Shown: positions 41,488 through 51,496 of the stretch, in pieces
How positions within the stretch are numbered: the stretch's first letter is position 1
Layout: every line of letters begins with the position of its first letter
Notes under the pieces: model-generated
What the model was told of the DNA's origin: nothing
Database searches by the model: none
The model's input: the letters and a program-made list of their open reading frames with translations, nothing else
Assembly (NCBI GenBank): GCA_963662275.1
Contig: OY759316.1
Coordinates: 2,464,001-2,528,000, forward strand
Source: Candidatus Cloacimonadales bacterium
GTDB lineage: Bacteria > Cloacimonadota > Cloacimonadia > Cloacimonadales > DAONDQ01
DNA length: 64,000 nt
Direction: 5' to 3'
Position numbers and translations under genes: made by a program

Positions 41488-42858
41488 ATGACTACTTTTT
41501 TCTGTACAGATTGCGGCGCTGAAAGTGCGAAATGGTTGGGACGCTGTCCCAATTGCGGTAGTTGGAATACACTGAAGGAATCTGAGAAGGTAACGAAATC
41601 AAAATCTGCTAAGTCCTCTCCCCTACCTATATCTGAGGATTTGAAGCCGGAAGCGCTCACAAGTGTTTCTGAAGAAAAGGAAGATCGTATCCTGACCGGA
41701 ATACATGAATTTGATGGTGTTCTTGGTGGAGGAATTGTTCCAGGTATGGTGACATTAATTGGTGGTGAACCGGGGATTGGAAAGTCAACACTAATGCTGC
41801 AAATATCTGAATGGCTGGGGCTGAAAAAGTTGAAAGTGTTGTATGTATCAGGTGAAGAAAGCAAACACCAGATACGTCTTAGGAGTCAAAGGCTAGGAAT
41901 TCAGTCAGATAATGTATTCCTTCTTTGTGTAACAGAAGTTGAGCATATTATTCATGAAGTAGCGGAATTCAAACCTGATCTCATTGTTATAGATTCCGTA
42001 CAATCGGTCTCCTTTGCCAGCCTGGAAAGTTCTCCGGGAAGTGTATCCCAATTGCGTGAATGTACCCAGATATTCACTAAACTAGCAAAGCAGAGCGGTA
42101 TTCCAGTGTTCCTGATTGGTCATGTCACAAAAGAAGGTTATGTAGCCGGTCCGAAGATTATTGAACATATGGTGGATACAGTACTTTATTTTGAAGGTGA
42201 AACTCAGAATCAATATAAGATACTACGTGCTACGAAAAATCGTTTCGGTTCCACAAACGAGATTGGGGTATTTGAAATGACAAATACCGGATTAAAAGAA
42301 GTAACAAATCCTTCCTCTCTCTTCCTGAGTGAAGAAGAGAATCGATTGGGCATAGCCATCGGTTGCGTACTCGAAGGATCACGTGCTTTTCTTACTGAAG
42401 TTCAAGCCTTGGTTACTCCTGCAAGTTATGGTACTTCCCAGAGAGTTGCCATTGGATTTGACCAGAAGAAACTAGCGATGCTGCTGGCTGTGATGGAAAA
42501 GAACCTGATGCTGAATCTACGTGCCAGTGATGTCTTCCTGAATCTGACAGGAGGTATCAAGGCAACAGATCAGTCTCTTGATTTAGCCGTACTTGGTGCT
42601 GTCATATCCAGTTTGAAGGACATCCCCATTCCTATGAAATCAGTTTTAATTGGTGAAGTTGGTTTAAGCGGTGAAATTCGCCCAGTCTCTCAGATTGAAA
42701 AACGTGTGAAAGAAGCTGAAAAGATGGGATATGAATGGATTATCATACCCGGTAAAAGCAAGCTAGAAATGAAAAGTAAAAAGCTGCATCGAATTACACA
42801 TATCCATGAGTTTTATGCCTTGTTGAAGCAGATGGACGCAGAAGGTGCTAGGTGCTAG
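41488..42858 (+). CDS. radA: DNA repair protein RadA/Sms
   Basis: CxxC...CxxC zinc finger, GGEPGIGKSTL, KNRFG, Lon-like C-terminus. Confidence 0.97.
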   Translation: MTTFFCTDCGAESAKWLGRCPNCGSWNTLKESEKVTKSKSAKSSPLPISEDLKPEALTSVSEEKEDRILTGIHEFDGVLGGGIVPGMVTLIGGEPGIGKSTLMLQISEWLGLKKLKVLYVSGEESKHQIRLRSQRLGIQSDNVFLLCVTEVEHIIHEVAEFKPDLIVIDSVQSVSFASLESSPGSVSQLRECTQIFTKLAKQSGIPVFLIGHVTKEGYVAGPKIIEHMVDTVLYFEGETQNQYKILRATKNRFGSTNEIGVFEMTNTGLKEVTNPSSLFLSEEENRLGIAIGCVLEGSRAFLTEVQALVTPASYGTSQRVAIGFDQKKLAMLLAVMEKNLMLNLRASDVFLNLTGGIKATDQSLDLAVLGAVISSLKDIPIPMKSVLIGEVGLSGEIRPVSQIEKRVKEAEKMGYEWIIIPGKSKLEMKSKKLHRITHIHEFYALLKQMDAEGARC

Positions 42859-43091
42859 GTGTTAGGTGCTAGGTGTTAGGTGTTAGGTGTTAGGTGTTAG
42901 GTGCTAGGTGCTAGGTGTTATGTGCTAGGTGCTAGGTGCTAGGTGTTAGGTGCTAGGTGTTAGGTGTTAGGTGCTAGGTGTTAGGTGCTAGGTGCTAGGT
43001 GCTAGGTGCTAGGTGTTAGGTGTTAGGTGCTAGGTGTTAGGTGTTAGGTGCTAGGTGTTAGGTGTTAGGTGCTAGGTGTTAGGTGTTAGGT
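42843..43091 (+). repeat. Heptamer tandem array (AGGTGYT) x ~35
   Basis: Irregular alternation of aggtgct and aggtgtt units; the array supplies the radA stop codon. Confidence 0.95.
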
Positions 43092-43168
43092 CTTACACCT
43101 AATATCACTTATTAGCTGTAAACTTCTGCTATTCTCTTCCCCAACAAGCTACCAGCTACAAGCTTCCT

Positions 43169-43219
43169 CCGGTACATTTCGATACAATTTCTCCTTCGTC
43201 GAAATCACTCAATGAACCG
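43169..43219. repeat. Dispersed ~50-bp imperfect palindrome (other copies 20445-20515, 25320-25368 inverted, 39966-40015, 48633-48683)
   Basis: ccggtacatttcgatacaatttctccttcgtcgaaatcactcaatgaaccg; the 39966 and 48633 copies are near-identical. Confidence 0.9.
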
Positions 43220-43234
43220 TTCCTATTCCCTTAT

Positions 43235-43270
43235 CTATACCCTATACCCTATACCCTGTACCCTGTACCC
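43235..43270 (+). repeat. Left part of the heptamer array (TRTACCC)n split by IS21
   Basis: ctataccctataccctataccctgtaccctgtaccc. Confidence 0.9.
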
Positions 43271-43437
43271 TGAATAATATTATGAATTTGAGCCATGAGT
43301 ATTCCCAAGTTGAGCCAGTGCTCCACTATAATTGAGCCAGGGAATATTCTACTTTGAGCCACCTTGCATAAATCAGAGTGTGATTAACCATGTGGCAATG
43401 CGCTGAAGAGCGCAAATAACACAATGGAGGTCACAAA

Positions 43438-44990
43438 ATGACCAATTATCGAGAAATCTTGCGTTTACAGGCGCAAGGAATTAGTGAAAGGAATATTGCT
43501 CAAAGCCTGCCGTGCTCCCGCAATACCGTATCCAAGGTGCTGAGGGCAGCAGCCCAACAAGCTGTTTTCTGTCCAATTTCTGATACAATTAGTGACAGGG
43601 AATTGGGGAAGATGCTATTTCCCATTGTAAATATCGAAGGTTGTCGCAGGATGCCTGATTTTGAGCATATTCACAAGGAATTGGGTAAAAGCGGTGTAAC
43701 CTTGTCGTTGTTATGGCATGAATATTCGGAGTTATGCCGTCAGAATCAGACGATACCCTATCAATACAGTCGATTCTGCGAGCTTTACACGGAATATGCT
43801 CATCAAACCAAGGCAACCATGCGCATTCATCACAAGCCGGGTGAGAAGCTTGAGGTTGATTGGGCAGGTCAATCTGCGTATTTGACAAACAATCTTACCG
43901 GGGCACAGCTTAAAGTTCCAGTCTTTGTCGCTGTTTTGCCCTATAGTGGCTATGCTTATGTTGAAGCACTTCCCAATATGAGTCTGTGTAACTGGATTCA
44001 GGCTCATGTAAACTGTTTTCAATATATGAGCGGAGTGGCAAAAATACTGGTACCTGACAACCTCAAGACTGGTGTGGAGCGGGTATCCAGTGGAGGCAGT
44101 GTAATCAACAGGACATATAATGAACTGGCTAATTACTACAATACAGTGGTCATCCCTGCCAGGGTCAGGCATCCCAAGGATAAGGCAAGTGCTGAAGGGA
44201 CAGTAGGTATTATCTCGACCTGGATTCTGGCTGCTCTTCGCAACAGGAGTTTCTTCTCGCTTAGAGAACTCAATAAGGCAATCAGGGAAAAGTTGGCTGA
44301 ATTTAACAGTAAGCCTTTCAGCCTTTCCAGGTCAAAGATGGCTCCCGTGAAAGCGTATTTTGGCAAGAAGAACGAGAGCAGCTGCTTCCCTTGCCGGAGG
44401 CGGCTTATGAACTGGCTACATGGGCTACAGCAACGGTTGGTTACAACTATCACATTATGGTTGATAAGAAGTATTATTCAGTGCCTTATGAATATATCCA
44501 CCACAAAGTGGATATTCGCCTAACCGCCAGGGTGGTGGAGGTCTTTTACAATTCAGTCAGAATAGCCTCCCCCAGGGGCTTGGAGGGAAACTCTGAGCGA
44601 TATCAGACCAATGCCGAGCATATGCCCAGGGATCATCAGGAATACCGTAAATGGGATGCAGAAAGTTTTGTTGACTGGGCTTGTACTATTGGAACAAGCA
44701 CTGAGTTGGTAATCAAGTCAATCCTGGGATCATGCAGGGTTGAACAGCAAGGTTATCGCACTTGCATGGCTGTGCTAAGCGCTTCAAAAAAGTATGGCTG
44801 TCAAAATTTGGAAAGTGCCTGTCAACGAGCATTAAGCTATACGCCAAATCCGAGTTACAGAATCATCAAGACTATTCTAAACTCAAATGAACAGAAGAGA
44901 AGCACCGATAATGATGCTGAAGCGGTGCAAAGCTCAGAGTATGCCATCAGCCGGGAATCAGGTTACTACGGGAGAAACGAAAATGACTAA
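43438..44990 (+). pseudogene. istA: IS21 transposase IstA, frameshifted by an 8-bp duplication at 44312-44327
   Basis: PGEKLEVDWAG, VPDNLKTGV, PARVRHPKDKASAEG in the first frame; YYSVPY...HMP in the second; removing one agcctttc restores KPFQVKDGSRESVF. Confidence 0.9.
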
Positions 44991-45738
44991 TAATACTACT
45001 ATCATTAAACTTCGAGAGATGCTGTTAAATGGCATGGCAGATGCCTACCGAAATCAGGTTAACGATAAATCACTGGAAAACTACAGCTTTGACGAGCGCT
45101 TTGGCATGCTGGTTGATATAGAATGGGATAAGCGCAAGAATAATAGGCTTAAACGTCTGATTCACGGTGCCGGCTTCAAGTTCAGTAATGCGAGTATAGC
45201 AGATATTGACTACCATGAAGACAGGAAACTTGATCGTAGTGCAATCGTTGAATTGGCGTCATGTTCTTTTATTGGAGAGAATGAGAATATCATCATCACC
45301 GGAGCATCGGGAAGCGGTAAAACATGGCTGGCTTGCGCATTTGGCATAGCTGCCTGCAAGAAATACTTCACTGTAAAATACGTCCGCCTGCCTGAACTGT
45401 TGGATGACCTCGCTGTTAGTCGTTGTGAAGGCGGGCATCAAAGAGTCATAGACAGATATGCCAATGCTAAACTGCTGATACTTGATGAATGGCTGTTAAC
45501 CAGGATAAACGAACAGGAAGCTAAAGATCTCTTTGAAATAGTCGAGATGAGGTATTCCAAAGCATCTACGGTCTTGTGCTCTCAGTTCAAAACCGGAGGA
45601 TGGCACGAGAAGATTGGACAACCCACTCTCGCTGATGCCATCCTTGACCGGCTTGTTCATAACTCTCACCATATATTTATCGATGGGAAGATGTCAATGA
45701 GAGAACGCAAGGGAATAAAACAAATCAATAGAAAATAG
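44983..45738 (+). CDS. istB: IS21 helper ATPase IstB
   Basis: GASGSGKTWLA Walker A, LLILDEW Walker B, ADAILDRLVH; overlaps the istA stop. Confidence 0.95.
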   Translation: MTNNTTIIKLREMLLNGMADAYRNQVNDKSLENYSFDERFGMLVDIEWDKRKNNRLKRLIHGAGFKFSNASIADIDYHEDRKLDRSAIVELASCSFIGENENIIITGASGSGKTWLACAFGIAACKKYFTVKYVRLPELLDDLAVSRCEGGHQRVIDRYANAKLLILDEWLLTRINEQEAKDLFEIVEMRYSKASTVLCSQFKTGGWHEKIGQPTLADAILDRLVHNSHHIFIDGKMSMRERKGIKQINRK

Positions 45739-45960
45739 CCTATTGCCCATTAGGCGCAACGTTCCGGCTGCTGCTTCGCTCGGACTACGTCCTCTCTCCG
45801 CAGCAGCCGGAACAGAATCTTGCCAAACACTGCAGATATTATGTTATATGGCGATCAGATACGTAGTGTGGCTCAAAAAGACAATATAGTATGGCTCAAT
45901 TATAGTGAAGCACTGGCTCAACTTAATCGGACAAGGTGGCTTTTCTGAGCGGAATATGCA

Positions 45961-46122
45961 GTACCCTGTACCCTATACCCTGTACCCTGTACCCTATACC
46001 CTGTACCCTGTACCCTATACCCTATACCCTGTACCCTGTACCCTGTACCCTGTACCCTGTACCCTGTACCCTATACCCTGTACCCTGTACCCTATACCCT
46101 GTACCCTGTACCCTGTACCCTA
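45961..46122 (+). repeat. Right part of the heptamer array (TRTACCC) x ~23
   Basis: gtaccctgtaccctataccctgtaccc...; reads (AGGGTAY)n on the minus strand. Confidence 0.95.
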
Positions 46123-46126
46123 TACG

Positions 46127-48496
46127 CTATTCCCTATTCCCTTCACCCTCCAGTATCGTCTCAAAGAAAGCATTCCAACTGCATGTATCAATAATATGCT
46201 GCCGTGATATTTCTTTCATTTTAAGATACTCGGGTGTTTGTTTGCGTATCTGTATGATAAGCTTTTCCATTTTTGACTGCCAAGTTTCCAATTCTAAATC
46301 AGGCAAAATGAAACCTGTCACTTGATCAATGATGATTTCCTGAGGTCCTCCCACATTACTGACAAGTGCAGGTAGACCGCAAGATTGCGCTTCCATTACT
46401 GACAAACCATATGTATCCGTTGTACTTGGGAAAACAAATAGGTCACAACCCGCATAATACAAAGGAAGATCAGTATATGGAAGCAAACCAGTAAAAATTA
46501 TTCTTTCATGAAGATATTTCTTCTTTGCCGTTTTCCGATATGGACCATCTCCAACGATGATCAGAGTAATATCCTGATGTTCTTCTGCCAGGTTCGTAAA
46601 TGCAGAAAGAAGAATATCAATGTTCTTATCTTTAGAAGTTCTTCCAGTAAAAAGGAGATATATACCTTCGTCCAAATTATATTTGTTCATCAAGTATTTA
46701 TGGGCATTGGGTCTTGGAATAAATACATTTGTATCAATCCCGGATGGCAATATTTTCATCTTTTGTGAATCGAAACCTTGGGCAGCGAGTATATCGATAT
46801 AAACTTTTGAAGGGACCAGGATTTCATCCATTTGACCATAAAACTTCAAGGATAATTCTTCAATTAATTGAATTACCAGGGATTCATTGTACATCCTACC
46901 CATTTGAGCTGCAAAATCGGTATGATAAATCCCGGTACATTTAATATTCATCAGCTTTGCCACAAGTAAGCCTGTCAAGCCCACAGGACCGGGTGTACTG
47001 ATGATTATCTCATCAGGTTGAGCTTTCATGATGATTTCAAGAGATCTGATAAAAGAGGGAACTTGCAGCATATATAATTTATAATACGGTAATTGAAAAT
47101 GATGAATTGACGGAAGATTGATCATTTTGTCGTATTCATGATTGGGAATTTCGGAACACCCGACAATGAAGATTTGATAATCGTTTTCTGATGAGTATTT
47201 GAGGATATTCTTCATAATCACAGCAACGCCATTCAAATCAAAAATCGTATCAGAAAACCATAGTACTTTCTTCTTTTTTGATTTATTTGTAAGTGTATAT
47301 TTTTCCTGTATTTCAGTAACTAGCTTATGATCTTTGAATAATTGGTAAACTGAATAGAAAAAAGGCATTATCACAATTAGCCCAGGGAGTGAAAGTGATA
47401 GGTTTCGAATTAAATTCAGCAGCTTTCCACGTTTAATATCCTTATCGATAGAATTGAATAGAAGTGAAAAAAACGAATCTACCATCTCAGAAATCTTCTC
47501 AAAAGGTATGGTCGTCCTCATTCTATGATTTGAATCATTCTGGTTAATGTTATTTCCCATTTCCACCAAAGATATTTGAAATTCAATCTCCTGCTTTTTT
47601 AATTTTGTGACATATCTGTGAAGTTTGTATTTTTTCCAAAGATCCACTGTCTGGCTATTGTAAAGATGTTCATTCAGACTCTGGAAAATAACTTGAGAAA
47701 GAACTCCGCCTTTTTTCTTGGAAAAGTCCCAAGAAATATTATACGTGGATAAAACATGTGAGCGAAAATCACCTGGCAAACCGGAAAAAGATGTTTTCTT
47801 ATCCTTCATGCTTTGTATAAAATCGGTAATTGATTCTCCGTCTGCAATTGTATAAGCTTTGGCTAGATTCAAACCTGAATGATCATTTGATCCGCCCGTT
47901 CGTCCTTTCAACCAGGGTGTCTCGGAATAAGGTTCAATATGATATCTTTGCTGAAGTTCTTGGATACGACCAGGAGTTAGATTACTAAGCAGATGATTCC
48001 AAGTGTCGTTGTGTATCGAACTCAACCAGCTATCCAAACCTTCGAATATGTCAAAGAGCAACAGCAGTTTTTCCAGGTGTTCAATCCTCAGTAATCCATC
48101 TACAGAATACGTTGGATGAGCTACTGAATATGCCAGTTGTGTTGACTTCAGGTAATCTCTTAAATGATAAATATTGAATCTATTGTTTTGAATTTCTTGA
48201 AATTGGTCTTCTGAGAAAGCATAAATGAGAATATGAACCTGGCAACCATCTTCCGGAAAGATAGCTGTTGTTTCAACACCCAGAATGACTTTCTCCGGGT
48301 ACTTTTTCTTTAGCTGGAGAACCCCTTCTATACGATTATGGTCTGTTATGGTTACAAAATCCATACCTTGATCGATCAACACTCGATATAAATCTTCCGG
48401 TTCAGAATAGGATTCAGCGACACCCATCTTCTGGATGATACCTGATTTCTGATAATCCGAATACTTTGAATGAACATGTAGATCAATTTTCATCAT
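46127..48496 (-). CDS. PHP-domain/GT4 glycosyltransferase fusion
   Basis: N-terminal DLHVHSKYS, ITDHN, GGSNDH (PHP); C-terminal GR..KDKN, FVFPSTTDTYGLSVMEAQSCGLP (GT4). Confidence 0.88.
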   Translation of the reverse strand: MMKIDLHVHSKYSDYQKSGIIQKMGVAESYSEPEDLYRVLIDQGMDFVTITDHNRIEGVLQLKKKYPEKVILGVETTAIFPEDGCQVHILIYAFSEDQFQEIQNNRFNIYHLRDYLKSTQLAYSVAHPTYSVDGLLRIEHLEKLLLLFDIFEGLDSWLSSIHNDTWNHLLSNLTPGRIQELQQRYHIEPYSETPWLKGRTGGSNDHSGLNLAKAYTIADGESITDFIQSMKDKKTSFSGLPGDFRSHVLSTYNISWDFSKKKGGVLSQVIFQSLNEHLYNSQTVDLWKKYKLHRYVTKLKKQEIEFQISLVEMGNNINQNDSNHRMRTTIPFEKISEMVDSFFSLLFNSIDKDIKRGKLLNLIRNLSLSLPGLIVIMPFFYSVYQLFKDHKLVTEIQEKYTLTNKSKKKKVLWFSDTIFDLNGVAVIMKNILKYSSENDYQIFIVGCSEIPNHEYDKMINLPSIHHFQLPYYKLYMLQVPSFIRSLEIIMKAQPDEIIISTPGPVGLTGLLVAKLMNIKCTGIYHTDFAAQMGRMYNESLVIQLIEELSLKFYGQMDEILVPSKVYIDILAAQGFDSQKMKILPSGIDTNVFIPRPNAHKYLMNKYNLDEGIYLLFTGRTSKDKNIDILLSAFTNLAEEHQDITLIIVGDGPYRKTAKKKYLHERIIFTGLLPYTDLPLYYAGCDLFVFPSTTDTYGLSVMEAQSCGLPALVSNVGGPQEIIIDQVTGFILPDLELETWQSKMEKLIIQIRKQTPEYLKMKEISRQHIIDTCSWNAFFETILEGEGNRE

Positions 48497-49078
48497 CTGA
48501 TAGTTACATCCCTATTATTGTTCATAATTCTTATTAACAATCTAGCGCAATCTTGTCAAAGAGATAATAAAGATTTAGGTTTCAGGTACCAGGTGTCAGG
48601 TTTTCCTATCTCCTACAAGCGACAAACTTCCTCCGGTACATTTCGATACAATTTCTCCTTCGTCGAAATCACTCAATGAGCCGTATTCTCTTATAAGCTT
48701 CATTAACAGGTTATATATTTTCTGGATATTTATGCATATGATATTTTCTAGATAATTTCTGTAATATTTATCAGTCAATATTTATTTGGTAAAGACACTG
48801 CGGGAAATTTGTCCAAGTCTTGCTATTAAGATATTCTTTTCCAATATATTGTCACTATTTCCATTTTGGTTTGTCACATTATTAATACGTAAAATCGAAT
48901 ATTATTTATAGATTAATAGCAAATCTGAACCTAGCAATAGGCAAAACGCTACTTTACATAACAAGAACAAAACATGCAACACTTCTGTAATAGATTCTAT
49001 TTCTGTGAGTGCGTTTTTTAGATTTTCTAATTAAGATAACACCATAGAAGAACCGCTCGCTTAGGAAGGAATAACACA

Positions 49079-49553
49079 ATGAAGAATTTTTACAATTTTG
49101 TTCTTATGCTTCTGATATTATTAAGTTAGCTCAAATTACTGCCTGATAAGGATTAAAAGCTCTTCAAACAGCAACATCTATGATGTTTCAGATTCGGTAT
49201 TTACAATCACATCTACACCTAAACCCCCGGATGGTATCCACATAACCATGATGAATAATGACGCCGTTATTTCTTGGGAACCTGTGACACAAACGATTTA
49301 CAATACCCCGTTAATTCCTGATTATTATCTTGTTTTCCATAGTAATGCCATGAATGGAACGTTTTATTATCTTGATTGGACGGATAATCTTAGTGTGACA
49401 CATCGCAGAGTTGGCATGCATTCTCCCTGTATGTTTTACCAGGTACGAGCATTCAAGGATTATACCAGAAGAATCATGGATATGAAGGTTCTAAATCAGA
49501 ATATGACAGAAGATGAGGTTATTAATATATTGGAAAATAGAGGGAAGAGATAA
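49079..49553 (+). pseudogene. Remnant of a secreted protein gene (signal peptide start joined out of frame to a C-terminal fragment)
   Basis: RBS aggaagga + MKNFYNFVLMLLILLS* (49079-49129); a different frame open from ~49125 reads SNYCLIRIKSSSNSNIYDVSDSVFTITSTPKPP... into ORF 49248..49553. Confidence 0.55.
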
Positions 49554-49592
49554 AAGAGATTAAGATTATAAATTAGCTAAATTATCTGATAA

Positions 49593-49937
49593 TCAAGAAT
49601 TCATTTTTTTATCTACAAGGACTATCTTTTTGTACAATTGTGGTATATCAGTTAAAATTGTTTGCCAGAGAATTCTTGAATCTATCCCCGAATAATTATG
49701 AATTAACACATCACGAAACCTTGCCATTAATTGCCAAGCTATATCTGGAAAGTCGTTTTTAATATCATCTGGTATTCTTTTTGTAGCTTCACCAATAATC
49801 TCAAAACATCTACAGACTGCTAACTGTGTCTTTTTATCTTTGATAAAATCTTCATAACCGACGTTCTGAGTGAATTCAAGAATTAATTCAGAAGCTTCTT
49901 TGATATCTGCTACGAAATCCCCAAATTGCCTTTTCAT
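49593..49937 (-). CDS. HEPN/DUF86 (HepT-like) ribonuclease toxin
   Basis: EIIGEA..., W..MARFRDVLIHNY (RX4HXY motif). Confidence 0.9.
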   Translation of the reverse strand: MKRQFGDFVADIKEASELILEFTQNVGYEDFIKDKKTQLAVCRCFEIIGEATKRIPDDIKNDFPDIAWQLMARFRDVLIHNYSGIDSRILWQTILTDIPQLYKKIVLVDKKMNS

Positions 49938-50230
49938 ATATACACCACTTCATTCAAAATGTTCTTGCCAATATTCGGTTTCAGAGATTCAAGAGTAACT
50001 ACATCTACTTTGCTTTTTAGGATACTTTCCAGGAAATCCTGAAGGGCAAAATACTGAAAGAGGGAAATTGGTTCAGAGAGTTCGATTAAAGTGTCTATGT
50101 CACTATCTTTTGTCTGTTCTTCTCTGACTACTGATCCAAATATACCTATTCTTTTGATATGATAAGTTGTGGTTAAAATATCTCTATTTGCTTGGATTTG
50201 GTTACTAATAAAATTCATTTCCGAAGACAT
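49934..50230 (-). CDS. Minimal nucleotidyltransferase (MntA-like antitoxin)
   Basis: IFGSVVREEQTKDSDID (GSX10DXD), KVDVV; overlaps the HEPN gene start by 4 nt. Confidence 0.9.
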   Translation of the reverse strand: MSSEMNFISNQIQANRDILTTTYHIKRIGIFGSVVREEQTKDSDIDTLIELSEPISLFQYFALQDFLESILKSKVDVVTLESLKPNIGKNILNEVVYI

Positions 50231-50437
50231 AATCACCTCTTACTATTAGGATTATCGTATAATTTCTATATTCTTATCATCTTATTATGTCAAGTTCTTT
50301 GCGAACAGCTCTCGTTCTCAACTGTCTTATACTATATTTCCACAGTGTTTTTAAGGATAATCCATAAGATCGGAATCTTTTGCCACAACAAAATCTTCTT
50401 GACAATACAAGCCTTTTGCAATAAACGATATACATAA

Positions 50438-50468
50438 CCTTTAATCAGATCCAGAGAGACTGAAAGGA
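50438..50468 (+). promoter_or_regulatory. PyrR-binding RNA element in the pyr operon leader
   Basis: CCUUUAA-UCAGAUCCAGAGAGACUGA-AAGG resembles the PyrR binding-loop consensus (CUUUAA / UCCNGNGAG / AAGG); lies upstream of pyrB, with a TTGACA at 50399-50404. Confidence 0.85.
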
Positions 50469-50552
50469 GATGAGTATGAAACAACCTTCAAGTTAGAACA
50501 AACCTCCCAATTCCCTATTTATCCCAAAATTTATCATATTCAGGAGGTTTGT

Positions 50553-51491
50553 ATGCCAGAACAATTCCAATTTTTAGGTCGTAACATGTACGACCTGGTC
50601 GATTATAGTTCCGCCGAGATCATGCACATTTTGGAAGCGACCAAAGTCATGAAGGAAATCAATCTTCGTCCCTACAAAAAGATTCCCACCCTTAGAGGCA
50701 AGACCGTCTGTACCCTCTTCTTTGAAAACTCTACAAGAACACTGATGTCATTCGAATTGGCTGCCAATAGACTTAGCGCGGATGTTGTCAGTTTTTCAGC
50801 AGCCACCTCTGCCCTATCCAAAGGAGAAAGCCTACAGGATACCGTCTATACCTTGAATGCCATGGGTATCGATCTGTATATCATCAGGCATTCCTGTGCT
50901 GGAAGTCCTCAACTTGTTTACAAGCATTCGGGAAAGCCAGTGCTAAATGCAGGTGATGGACGTCATGCACACCCGACACAAGCACTGCTGGATATCTTCT
51001 CTATTTGGGAAAGACTGGGAGTTATTGCAGGACTAAAGATCACCATCGTCGGTGATATCCTCCATAGCAGAGTAGTTCGTTCTAACCTCATCGGCATGAT
51101 TAAACTCGGTGCAGAAGTGACAGTCTGCGGTCCACGTACACTCATGCCAGGATACATGGAAGAAGTGTATGGCTGCAAGGTGGAATATGACCTGGAAACA
51201 GCTCTCAAGGATGCAGATGTGGTCATGGGTTTGCGTATGCAATTAGAAAGACAGAGTGATGGTCTATTTCCCAGTTTGGAAGAATACACGAATCACTATG
51301 TTCTATCGAAACGTACGTTGAAGTTTGCCAAGAAGGATGCATTAATCATGCATCCAGGTCCTATGAATCGCGGTATTGAAATCTTACCTGAAATAGCAGA
51401 TAGCCAGCAGAGTATCATCGTAGAACAGGTTGCCAATGGCGTTGCCGTAAGAATGGCACTTCTCTTCCTGATACTCGGTGGGAACATGTAG
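50553..51491 (+). CDS. pyrB: Aspartate carbamoyltransferase catalytic subunit
   Basis: FFENSTRT, KGESL.DT, NAGDGRHAHPTQALLD, GDILHSRV, MHPGPMNRG. Confidence 0.97.
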   Translation: MPEQFQFLGRNMYDLVDYSSAEIMHILEATKVMKEINLRPYKKIPTLRGKTVCTLFFENSTRTLMSFELAANRLSADVVSFSAATSALSKGESLQDTVYTLNAMGIDLYIIRHSCAGSPQLVYKHSGKPVLNAGDGRHAHPTQALLDIFSIWERLGVIAGLKITIVGDILHSRVVRSNLIGMIKLGAEVTVCGPRTLMPGYMEEVYGCKVEYDLETALKDADVVMGLRMQLERQSDGLFPSLEEYTNHYVLSKRTLKFAKKDALIMHPGPMNRGIEILPEIADSQQSIIVEQVANGVAVRMALLFLILGGNM

Positions 51492-51496
51492 GAGGA

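Larger units (their letters stand above)
43271..45960 (+). mobile_element. IS21 family insertion sequence with frameshifted istA
   Basis: TG...CA ends; several subterminal ttgagcca / tggctcaa repeats (ttgagccagtgctccactataattgagcca vs tggctcaattatagtgaagcactggctcaa); 6-bp duplication gtaccc on both sides; istA-istB gene pair. Confidence 0.93.

Noticed and set aside
45905..46325. ORFs with (YPVPYTL)n / (TLYPIPC)n repeats
   Set aside because: Translation of the heptamer array; no RBS; they overlap the IS end and the antisense strand of the GT4 gene.
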